DNA of 40,329 nucleotides from a virus: IMG/VR virus record IMGVR_UViG_3300045988_055356; one strand, given 5' to 3'. Of the stretch, positions 1-6,427 are shown piece after piece (the first letter of the stretch is position 1; every line of letters begins with the position of its first letter). Made by a program: the position numbers and the translations under genes. The notes below the pieces were generated by a model. It was not told the DNA's origin. It searched no databases and saw nothing but the letters and a program-made list of their open reading frames with translations.

Positions 1-84
1 TTTTTTTCCGCTTTCACGGGATTTTTTTCCGCTTTCACGGGATTTTTTTCCGCTTTCACGGGATTTTTTTCCGCTTCATCGGAT
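1..84. repeat. 21-bp tandem repeat (tttttttccgctttcacggga), three perfect units (1-63) plus one degenerate unit with a 1-nt deletion (64-83). Iteron-like.
   Basis: Read directly. Units at 1-21, 22-42 and 43-63 are identical. 64-83 reads tttttttccgcttcatcgga. The same unit recurs at 40278-40329. Confidence 0.95.
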
Positions 85-401
85 TTATAAACGGTTCCCC
101 AATCTCTTAACATTTGCGACGGGGTAAAATAAATATGATTATCAATCTTAATAATCTCTATCAATCCGATATTTTCCAAACGCTTATAAAGTCTGCGTAA
201 TGTATCGACCTTATCCGGTAAAATAGAACAATAAACAGCTACGTTTTTGTAGTCTGCCATGTAGTAAGGTTTCCCGGCATATTGTATTGGATTTTGCGCC
301 AACAAACCAAATAAGCATGACGCTAAAATACTTTCAGTTGGGTTCAAATCTAAAATATTTGAACGTACTAAATCTAAAATTAAATAGCTTCTTTCATTCA
401 T
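1..401 (-). CDS. N-terminal part (ATG at 401) of a putative replication-initiator-like protein with a winged-helix DNA-binding domain. The ORF runs off the window start and continues in frame at 40277 if the ends are joined.
   Basis: My own translation of the minus strand gives MNERSYLILDLVRSNILDLNPTESILASCLFGLLAQNPIQYAGKPYYMADYKNVAVYCSILPDKVDTLRRLYKRLENIGLIEIIKIDNHIYFTPSQMLRDWGTVYKSDEAEKNPVKAEKNPV... An in-frame stop lies upstream at 459-461. The frame matches ORF 39833..40315 across the 52-nt overlap. This piece is absent from the ORF track because it is truncated by the window edge. Confidence 0.7.
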   Translation of the reverse strand, partial: MNERSYLILDLVRSNILDLNPTESILASCLFGLLAQNPIQYAGKPYYMADYKNVAVYCSILPDKVDTLRRLYKRLENIGLIEIIKIDNHIYFTPSQMLRDWGTVYKSDEAEKNPVKAEKNPVKAEKNPVKAEK

Positions 402-408
402 ATTAAAT

Positions 409-430
409 AAAAAAAACCCGCAATCCGGGC
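409..430 (-). terminator. Short GC hairpin followed by a U8 tract, lying between a promoter-like site and the initiator ATG. Terminator or attenuator candidate.
   Basis: The minus strand reads GCCCGGATTGCGGG followed by TTTTTTTT. The stem is only 4 bp (CCCG/CGGG) with a 5-nt loop, so it is weak. Confidence 0.35.
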
Positions 431-509
431 TACCACACACCGGAAAACGGGTTTTGTGCTAATATTAGCAAATATCTTTCAAACGGTGGTAGTCGTTTGT
501 TTTACGCTG

Positions 510-541
510 CAAATATAATAATTTATTTCTTTTCAAGCAAA
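510..541 (-). promoter_or_regulatory. Bacteroidota-type promoter candidate: TTTG (541-538), 20-nt spacer, TATATTTG (517-510).
   Basis: Matches the published Bacteroides -33 TTTG / -7 TAnnTTTG consensus. It sits just after the stop of CDS 523..1245 and about 110 nt upstream of the ATG at 401. The identical -7 octamer occurs at two other intergenic sites. Confidence 0.5.
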
Positions 542-1245
542 TTTATTGGCTTTAATGCTTCTGAAACTTTATACAAATTTCCCTCGCTTTCATTCGGAAC
601 AATTGTAACAACCGGATAACGGGATTGGTCGCCGGGCTTTTGCGAAACGGCAAATTGTACATTCATATCAAAGATAATTCCCTTTACAAATCCCTTTTCT
701 TGCAATATTGCGTCGAATGTATCACGGATATTAGGTATTGTTGACGCTGTTCCCTTGGTCGTAAATTGCCATACCCCACCGACGCCACGAACCAATGGGA
801 TAATGAACGTTACCGTTAAAATTACCGTCCATCCGTCACCGCCGTTTTTTACGGAACGGTTGGGGCGCTTTTCAGCAACCCCCGACATTAAATTTGGATA
901 ATCCTTTGTGCTGTATTGGCAATATTGTTTCCCATTCCACACAAAGAACGTTTCGCCATCTCCGTATGCTATTCGTCGCCCGTCGTCGTCCCGGTATTCA
1001 TACATTTCATTGCAAACTTTCTCCGGGTCGTCGTCCGGAAAAACAATCTGTATTGTTTGCGGCTTTTGGCCATAAGCCTTTGTAAACAATCCGGCATACT
1101 TTCCGGTTGGCATGAAATAATCAACACTTTTAGGATATTCCTTGCCGTTAGCCGCTTTCTCCTTGTACCCTACTTTAATGAAACCGACACGTGGTAATAC
1201 AACACGTTTAACGCCGGGCGTGGGTCTGTTTATTCGTCCTTTCAT
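523..1245 (-). CDS. Conserved phage protein of unknown function, tightly coupled to the upstream exonuclease. Possible ssDNA-binding or annealing partner (inference only).
   Basis: 240-aa ORF that starts 3 nt after the exonuclease stop. I recognise no catalytic motif. The functional guess comes only from gene adjacency. Confidence 0.6.
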   Translation of the reverse strand: MKGRINRPTPGVKRVVLPRVGFIKVGYKEKAANGKEYPKSVDYFMPTGKYAGLFTKAYGQKPQTIQIVFPDDDPEKVCNEMYEYRDDDGRRIAYGDGETFFVWNGKQYCQYSTKDYPNLMSGVAEKRPNRSVKNGGDGWTVILTVTFIIPLVRGVGGVWQFTTKGTASTIPNIRDTFDAILQEKGFVKGIIFDMNVQFAVSQKPGDQSRYPVVTIVPNESEGNLYKVSEALKPINLLEKK

Positions 1246-1247
1246 GT

Positions 1248-2576
1248 TCAGATCTCCATTTCATCATTTAACAACTCTGTTTTCTCTGTCTTGCAAACGT
1301 CTTTCCGTGCATTGCCCACGTTTTCGGGCTGTTTTGTGGCTTTTCCCGGCGTTTTTTCTTTTTTTTGTGCAATTACACGTTTTTCGGTTTTTTTCGCCTT
1401 GACGGGCTTATTTCCCGCCTTTTTTACCGTTTTACGTGTGGTTTTCTTTATATCCGGTTCCGACTTATTCTTTTCCGCCGGGGCTTTGCTTTTAACAAGT
1501 TCCGCCAACGTCAGCGAAACAATATTGTTTGTCAAATCCGGTTCATTATCCAATGATATTTCCCCGAAAACTGCTGTGAATGTGTTATCTCTCTTCGCAT
1601 CCTCAACGGCCGCTAATCCTAACAGATACGGAATTTTATCTGCGTTAGGGCTGTTTGTTTGATCTTTCAAATTGTATGTCGGTTTTTTGCGCCAATCTTT
1701 CGGGCTGAAATTGTAAATACGGGTAATCGGCATGTCCGGGAAATTCTCCTCCCACATCATCTTATACATGTACAATTGTATCTCCATTTCCTCATAAAAT
1801 CCTTTGCGGCCGCTTTTGAAATCGACAATTGCGTTTATTCTTTCTTTGGCACCCGGTTTAGCCAACATCGTACACGGCAAATCAATCATTCCGGCATAAT
1901 TATAGATAGGATGTACCAACGCAATTTCAACAGCCAAAGGCCTTACATTATAATCCATGACAAATTGAGCAAACGCCAATACGTCTTTTTTAAGGTCGTC
2001 GGCATAATAAATAAAATCTGCGGGCAATCTGTTTATTTCAATATAATTTTTCAATTTGTCTTTCAGACCGTCTAAATCATAATTGCGATTGATTATAAGT
2101 TCCTCAAATTGTGCGTGCATAAATGTTCCATACGCTGCCCGTTCTGCCTTGTATCTCTCTGCCTCTTCAATACCTTTGTCGGCAATCCATTTAATAAGAA
2201 ATTCTGATTTAGTCAAAGTCTGTGACAATATGGTTGTAACTGACGGATAAAATTCCGGTGTTCCATCATCGCCAAACTTGTAATAATAGCGGTGCCCCTT
2301 GCTGTTTAACTGCCAAACCTTATAAGGTGGTTCTATCAATGCGCCATTAATGAATATTGCCGTCATTTCCTCAACGGTCATTCCGGGTGCAATTTCATAA
2401 GTTCCTACGGGTTGTAATCCGGACATAACGTTTTGTCCCCCATTTGTTCCCGGAATATTATCTCCGGGGATCTGTCCCATGACTTCGCCTATTTTCTTGA
2501 CTGCATTTTCTGCATTGCCAATTGCATTAACAATGCTTTTTTCCGGGTTCTCCGGATTTTTCATTTTCGCTCTCAT
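1248..2576 (-). CDS. PD-(D/E)XK family exonuclease (RecB/Cas4/YqaJ-like) with a lysine-rich C-terminal tail.
   Basis: Motifs in order: GMIDLP (Asp), IVDFKSG (D-x-K), and QLYMY (the QxxxY typical of RecB-family nucleases). The last ~85 aa are a K-rich low-complexity tail. Confidence 0.7.
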   Translation of the reverse strand: MRAKMKNPENPEKSIVNAIGNAENAVKKIGEVMGQIPGDNIPGTNGGQNVMSGLQPVGTYEIAPGMTVEEMTAIFINGALIEPPYKVWQLNSKGHRYYYKFGDDGTPEFYPSVTTILSQTLTKSEFLIKWIADKGIEEAERYKAERAAYGTFMHAQFEELIINRNYDLDGLKDKLKNYIEINRLPADFIYYADDLKKDVLAFAQFVMDYNVRPLAVEIALVHPIYNYAGMIDLPCTMLAKPGAKERINAIVDFKSGRKGFYEEMEIQLYMYKMMWEENFPDMPITRIYNFSPKDWRKKPTYNLKDQTNSPNADKIPYLLGLAAVEDAKRDNTFTAVFGEISLDNEPDLTNNIVSLTLAELVKSKAPAEKNKSEPDIKKTTRKTVKKAGNKPVKAKKTEKRVIAQKKEKTPGKATKQPENVGNARKDVCKTEKTELLNDEMEI

Positions 2577-2577
2577 A

Positions 2578-2661
2578 TTACTTTAATTTTAATTGATAAA
2601 TGATTAATCTACACATTGCCGCAAAAAGAAAGTTTACGTAATTCCAAAATCCGACAATCAT
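2578..2661 (-). CDS. Possible 27-aa hydrophobic micro-protein (MIVGFWNYVNFLFAAMCRLIIYQLKLK).
   Basis: My own translation of the 132-nt gap. Its stop lies 2 nt before the exonuclease ATG. It is too short to support strongly. Confidence 0.2.
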   Translation of the reverse strand: MIVGFWNYVNFLFAAMCRLIIYQLKLK

Positions 2662-2708
2662 ACATATTGTTTCTAAAACATATAGTATTGTTATGATGTT
2701 TATTTTTT

Positions 2709-2942
2709 TCATTTGTCGGACAATCCAAATAAGTAATCGGCGGAACAACCGCACATTTCACATATTATTACCACCCATTCCGGCACAATTCTTTTTGTCG
2801 TGCCGTTGCAAAGATTTGTCATGTTTACTTGCTGTGCGCTCTCACTTGCGCTCTCAAACAGACGTGCTGCAATGTCTTTTTTAAACACCTTTTTTCCATT
2901 CATCGCCGAACGTGCGATTGCTTCATTTACTTTTAGTTTCAT
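2709..2942 (-). CDS. XRE/Cro-family helix-turn-helix transcriptional regulator.
   Basis: 77 aa with an HTH_3-like pattern (KKDIAARLFESASESAQQVNMTNLCNG...) and the typical ending ADYLFGLSD. Confidence 0.75.
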   Translation of the reverse strand: MKLKVNEAIARSAMNGKKVFKKDIAARLFESASESAQQVNMTNLCNGTTKRIVPEWVVIICEMCGCSADYLFGLSDK

Positions 2943-2945
2943 ATC

Positions 2946-3413
2946 TTATAAATTATAACTATATCCACAATTATTACATTTCATCGTTTCCCATATTGGG
3001 TCATATTCGTAGGGTGTAATATATCCGTCGCCACCACAACATATATATTCGCCGTCCACAACTTCCATGTCTCCGCCACATTCCGGGCAATCTCCGCATC
3101 CAATTAATACGCAATTCATAAATGCGTCAAACAGACTTGCAGTAATATTGAATATACCTATATGGTGCATTACTTCAATAACATTCAAGACGGGGACGTC
3201 TGTATTGATACAATCAAATATACTATACCCCCAATTTTCCCGGTCGTCGCAAATAATATCATGTTGCACCAATTCGCAAACAATCTGTTTGCTAATTTCA
3301 TTTGCTGTTTTTCCGGCAGCAATGGCCAAAATGGATAATTCGTTGTTTTGCTTTATTTTCATACATTTTCGCACTATCCCCGTGCGTGGGCTTTTACTTC
3401 TGCAAAAGTACAA
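2946..3413 (-). CDS. Hypothetical protein with a C-terminal Cys-rich zinc-ribbon region.
   Basis: CGDCPECGG...CCGG...CNNCG cysteine pairs. The alternative start ATG at 3362 (MKIKQNN...) is plausible, because the first 17 aa look non-native. Confidence 0.6.
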   Translation of the reverse strand: MYFCRSKSPRTGIVRKCMKIKQNNELSILAIAAGKTANEISKQIVCELVQHDIICDDRENWGYSIFDCINTDVPVLNVIEVMHHIGIFNITASLFDAFMNCVLIGCGDCPECGGDMEVVDGEYICCGGDGYITPYEYDPIWETMKCNNCGYSYNL

Positions 3414-3429
3414 TTATTTTTTTAATTAC

Positions 3430-3437
3430 CAAAGATA
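3430..3437 (-). promoter_or_regulatory. Isolated -7 box (TATCTTTG) upstream of the Zn-ribbon/HTH pair. No correctly spaced -33 TTTG was seen.
   Basis: The plus strand reads caaagata at 3430-3437. An 8-bp AT-only inverted repeat (attattat 3441-3448 / ataataat 3453-3460) lies next to it. Confidence 0.3.
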
Positions 3438-3472
3438 ATTATTATTATTTTCATAATAATATTAGAAAATAT

Positions 3473-3503
3473 TTTGCGATTTAACTATTTATCAATAACT
3501 TTG
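3473..3503 (+). promoter_or_regulatory. Plus-strand Bacteroidota-type promoter candidate: TTTG (3473-3476), 19-nt spacer, TAACTTTG (3496-3503).
   Basis: Direct motif match with canonical spacing. This is the only convincing plus-strand signal in the window, and it is divergent from the minus-strand -7 box at 3430-3437. Confidence 0.4.
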
Positions 3504-3507
3504 TTAA

Positions 3508-3576
3508 CCGCATTAACCAATATCGCTCTCGGTTACTACCGCCCCGGATCACATTTTGTGTGATCGGGGCTTTTTG
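3508..3576 (+). ncRNA. Candidate ~65-70 nt small RNA bounded by the plus-strand promoter and a strong intrinsic terminator.
   Basis: Promoter at 3473-3503, then a 12-bp hairpin plus T5 at 3541-3575. There is no ORF and no tRNA cloverleaf. The call rests purely on structure. Confidence 0.25.
3541..3575 (+). terminator. Rho-independent terminator oriented on the plus strand.
   Basis: gccccgGATCACA / TGTGATCggggc forms a 12-bp stem with one bulged G and the loop ttttg, followed by ttttt (3571-3575). In the minus orientation there is no U tract. Confidence 0.6.
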
Positions 3577-3611
3577 TTATAATACGACCATCTGTAAATC
3601 TCGCCATAATA

Positions 3612-3701
3612 TCAATTGAGTGCTATTTGTCCGCAACTCATACCATCAAATAAAGATAATACTTTCATATATTTAATAATTTTATTATAACTAAATTTCA
3701 T
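3612..3701 (-). pseudogene. 5' remnant of a DNA (cytosine-5) methyltransferase gene. Only the motif I region survives.
   Basis: My own translation gives MKFSYNKIIKYMKVLSLFDGMSCGQIALN*. The MKVLSLFDGMSCGQIAL stretch matches the N-terminus (AdoMet-binding motif I variant LFDGxSCG) of a common phage/bacterial C5-MTase subfamily. A stop follows after 18 homologous residues, and no continuation appears in the other two frames. Confidence 0.5.
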
Positions 3702-3711
3702 GTGCATATTA

Positions 3712-4104
3712 TCACATTACTAATATTCCTATTTGTCTTGCAATATCCAAAACTTCTATTTTGCTCTTAACGTCCTTTGGTATTATTGTTCCATTTAATG
3801 ATTTTGTAAATGTCAGATTGGTTTCAACCCAAAGGTATTTCTTTTTTCCGCTCTTGTCAGTCCGAACTACCCATTTTATTTTACCGTAGGATATACGCCA
3901 ATATGTCCCGCCTCCATATATCATATTTCCTGCACTTTTCTTAGACCATGAAACATAAGTTCTTTTGGCTCTAAAAAACCGTGTTCCGTCCGGATTAGTG
4001 AAACATATATCATTTTTTTCATTCTGTTTCCAATCCTCACAAAGTCTTTTGCGTTTTTTAATTAGTTCATTACGAACATTTGCGGCTAGATCTCTTAAAT
4101 TCAT
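3712..4104 (-). CDS. Hypothetical protein (accessory cassette, gene 2).
   Basis: 130-aa ORF with no recognisable motif. The local sequence is visibly AT-richer than the neighbouring modules. Confidence 0.55.
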   Translation of the reverse strand: MNLRDLAANVRNELIKKRKRLCEDWKQNEKNDICFTNPDGTRFFRAKRTYVSWSKKSAGNMIYGGGTYWRISYGKIKWVVRTDKSGKKKYLWVETNLTFTKSLNGTIIPKDVKSKIEVLDIARQIGILVM

Positions 4105-4115
4105 ATTGTTTGGTT

Positions 4116-4505
4116 TTAGGCCGGAAGTTGTTCCCCGGCGGATTTGACATTTTTATCTAATAAATTGTTTATTAATTCTGCCTTACGTCTATTCTTTGGC
4201 GTATTGTCTGAAAATATGCTTTTGTTATAATCCTTATGTCCGTAGTAAGGTGACGCCCAATATATGTGAGTGTGTCCAATTATCAGCCTTTTTGTATATT
4301 GTCCGGCATTTCGGTAAAATGTGATGTCTCGCTGTAATTCCTTGATTGGCTCATATTTTGGGATATAGTTTTTACTGATACGCTCTATATACTTATCGCT
4401 CATTTCTTTAAATTCCTTACGTGTAAAATTTTTAAATATGGTTTTACGGCCATCGTATTTTTTCAAATACCAAAAGTCATTTTTAAATAGTTCAAAATTT
4501 TTCAT
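4116..4505 (-). CDS. Hypothetical protein (accessory cassette, gene 1).
   Basis: 129-aa ORF located directly downstream of a consensus promoter. No recognisable motif. Confidence 0.55.
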   Translation of the reverse strand: MKNFELFKNDFWYLKKYDGRKTIFKNFTRKEFKEMSDKYIERISKNYIPKYEPIKELQRDITFYRNAGQYTKRLIIGHTHIYWASPYYGHKDYNKSIFSDNTPKNRRKAELINNLLDKNVKSAGEQLPA

Positions 4506-4557
4506 GATGTTTATAATTTATTCCGGGGAAAACGCCCCGCCGTTTTGTTTGACAATG

Positions 4558-4588
4558 CAAATATACAAACTTTCTTTTAAATACCAAA
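4558..4588 (-). promoter_or_regulatory. Bacteroidota-type promoter candidate: TTTG (4588-4585), 19-nt spacer, TATATTTG (4565-4558).
   Basis: Direct match to the -33/-7 consensus, about 50 nt upstream of the ATG at 4505. A GGGGCGTTTTCCCC hairpin lies in the leader. Confidence 0.55.
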
Positions 4589-4750
4589 AATTTTTCTTTT
4601 TATTTTTCACAAAAACAATAAAAAAATTTTCTTTTGGTTCAAAATGGCCTTATTTTATGCAAATTTTCGTTTTAAGGCGTTTTCTGGGGCTACATGTACA
4701 ATTTACCCGGACGTCAGTTTAAAGGCTGTCAGACGCAAAATAAAACGGCA

Positions 4751-4778
4751 AAAACAAAAAAGCCGGGCAAAACCCGGC
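4751..4778 (-). terminator. Rho-independent terminator ending the late (structural/lysis) transcription unit.
   Basis: The minus strand reads GCCGGG-TTTTG-CCCGGC followed by TTTTTTGTTTT, about 55 nt downstream of the stop at 4834. Confidence 0.7.
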
Positions 4779-4833
4779 CTATCCATGAAAACAATCTTAT
4801 ATAATTATATATATATATTTGATGCAAAGATAA

Positions 4834-5454
4834 TCATTTTTCTATTTCAACATATTCAACCCCGATTATTTTTGTGTGGGGATTTTTGCAGACAATATCA
4901 ATTTCCCGGTTCTTGACTTTGTTTGTTTTCCAAAGGAAATTAAGAAACCTTTTATATTGTACGGTTGCAACAATTAAAATGCTGTCACGATTTACAAATG
5001 TCCCGGAAAACGTGCCATCCGGTGCCGTGCATCCGTTTAACGAAAACCACGGGTCGGCAATATCAACGCATTTCAAAATGGTTGTTGTCGTGTCTCCCGG
5101 CAAATAAACAATGCTGTCCCGGACGGTTCCCCGTAATTGGGTTATTGTTTCCATCTGCGCTGTTGTGACGCTCTGCAACTCCCCGTTCTTGGTCTGCAAT
5201 GTCTTTATCAATTCTGCATCGCTTGCCCGGTATTTTTCAAACTCTGACAATTTCAGTTCCAAAACCCCAACTTTGGCGGCGTTCAAACTATCTGTTGTTT
5301 GATACACGGAAACGTCCTGCAATAACGTTTCCGTGTTGGTTCTGTATTTGTCCCTTTCCCCGGTTAACTCATTAATCCGGGTATGTTGCACCCATATAGT
5401 GACAACGGCGGCAACCGCCAAAGCAATTGCCGCAATTATAATGTACTTTCTCAT
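4834..5454 (-). CDS. Membrane-anchored coiled-coil protein in the last position of the lysis cassette. Spanin-like candidate.
   Basis: An N-terminal TM helix (IIIAAIALAVAAVVTIWV) is followed by a coiled-coil-like region. The gene overlaps the upstream gene by 4 nt and sits downstream of the amidase. Confidence 0.45.
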   Translation of the reverse strand: MRKYIIIAAIALAVAAVVTIWVQHTRINELTGERDKYRTNTETLLQDVSVYQTTDSLNAAKVGVLELKLSEFEKYRASDAELIKTLQTKNGELQSVTTAQMETITQLRGTVRDSIVYLPGDTTTTILKCVDIADPWFSLNGCTAPDGTFSGTFVNRDSILIVATVQYKRFLNFLWKTNKVKNREIDIVCKNPHTKIIGVEYVEIEK

Positions 5455-5840
5455 GGCTCATCCGCTGTGTAAACTAATTGGCTGCTTTCCTCCGTTGTAC
5501 TTAACGTTAGTATGTACTTGCCGCCATCAACAAAGATCAATCCGTTTATTTCGTCCTCTGACACCTCAATTTTGGTAAATGTCAAAACGACACCATCAAT
5601 AAACACTTTCGGCGTGTTGTGCAATGGGTCTGCATTTGCCGCCGTGATGAAATTGTTTATATCATCCTGCGGGTTGGTTGCTTTCTTTGTGTTTTCTGCG
5701 TTGTCCTCAACGGTAACAACGAAAATATCATCATTCCCGTTTATTATCGCCTCCAACAACGGCGTAATACTTAACCCGGCTCGCATGCCTTGACTTGCAA
5801 CATACTTTTGCAAGTATTCTTTTTGTTCCTGCTTTGTCAT
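5451..5840 (-). CDS. Hypothetical protein between the endolysin and the spanin-like gene.
   Basis: 129-aa ORF with 4-nt overlaps on both sides (translational coupling). Confidence 0.55.
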   Translation of the reverse strand: MTKQEQKEYLQKYVASQGMRAGLSITPLLEAIINGNDDIFVVTVEDNAENTKKATNPQDDINNFITAANADPLHNTPKVFIDGVVLTFTKIEVSEDEINGLIFVDGGKYILTLSTTEESSQLVYTADEP

Positions 5841-6427
5841 TTCAAAATCTGTTTAATGGTTAAATAATGAATTTTGGCGATACGGTCACGTCCGGCGTCC
5901 GACAACATCATACGGCAGTCCTTTTCATTGTCAAAAAAGAAATTTTCAGATAATACGGCGGCGCAAGCCGTATGTTTCAGAATGTAGAATTGGCTTTCCT
6001 TGTCCGGGTCTCCGTCTGAATAATCAAAACGCATTTTCCATCCATCCGGGGCAAACTCTTTTTCCGCCTCCTTACAAAGAACGGTTGCGATTGCATCCGC
6101 CTTTGTATTACCCTTGCTTGTGTAACATTCCCATCCAGTTCCGCCTCCGGCGTTTCCGTGTATGCTAAACAAAACGGCATTGTTTCCGCAATCAGCATTG
6201 ATAACATTTGCCCGGCGGCAACGCTCGGATAATGATATGTCTTTGTCCTCCGGAACCAATATTTCAAACTTTATTCCGTCGGATTTTAACATCGCCGCAA
6301 TACGGCGTACAATGTCACGGTTAAACTCCCATTCAAACAATTGGGAACCATCCCCCCAAATGGGGGAACGTTTCCCGGCACAATCTACGCCGTGCCCTCC
6401 ATCAAGAATAACAACTTTCTGTTTCAT
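5837..6427 (-). CDS. N-acetylmuramoyl-L-alanine amidase (Amidase_3 type) endolysin.
   Basis: VVILDGGHG...E...FSIHGNAGGG...VLSENFFFDN matches the zinc-amidase layout. I place the start at ATG 6427 (MKQKVV, preceded by GGAG). The ORF-track version extends to 6544 and would overlap ORF 6402..6605. Confidence 0.85.
   Translation of the reverse strand: MKQKVVILDGGHGVDCAGKRSPIWGDGSQLFEWEFNRDIVRRIAAMLKSDGIKFEILVPEDKDISLSERCRRANVINADCGNNAVLFSIHGNAGGGTGWECYTSKGNTKADAIATVLCKEAEKEFAPDGWKMRFDYSDGDPDKESQFYILKHTACAAVLSENFFFDNEKDCRMMLSDAGRDRIAKIHYLTIKQILK

Noticed and set aside
3481-3600. A tRNA or tmRNA in the 298-nt gap.
   Set aside because: No cloverleaf arms, T-loop (GTTCRANYC) or acceptor-stem complementarity are visible. 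The single long hairpin is terminator-like.
2709-4505. A lysogeny module (integrase, CI repressor, attP).
   Set aside because: Only a small Cro/XRE-like HTH is present. I recognised no tyrosine or serine recombinase motifs in any ORF, and no divergently transcribed repressor gene. Temperate capability cannot be supported.
4590-4757. A hidden gene or RNA in the ~170-nt non-coding stretch between promoter 4558-4588 and terminator 4751-4778.
   Set aside because: No ORF longer than a few codons occurs on the minus strand. The plus-strand 90-aa ORF runs through the terminator and into the antisense of a real gene. The stretch shows only A/T tracts and weak partial repeats, so it is probably spacer or UP-element DNA.
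5977-6267. Minus-strand ORFs nested out of frame inside larger genes: 5977..6267, 11018..11206, 14203..14391, 19089..19274, 19852..20067, 21197..21454, 23125..23322, 25195..25428, 33027..33224 and 36189..36446.
   Set aside because: They sit entirely within well-supported CDSs (amidase, tail protein, TMP, 446-aa protein, MCP, ATPase and others) in alternative frames. Their compositions are implausible (R/K/C-rich). Nothing suggests overprinting.
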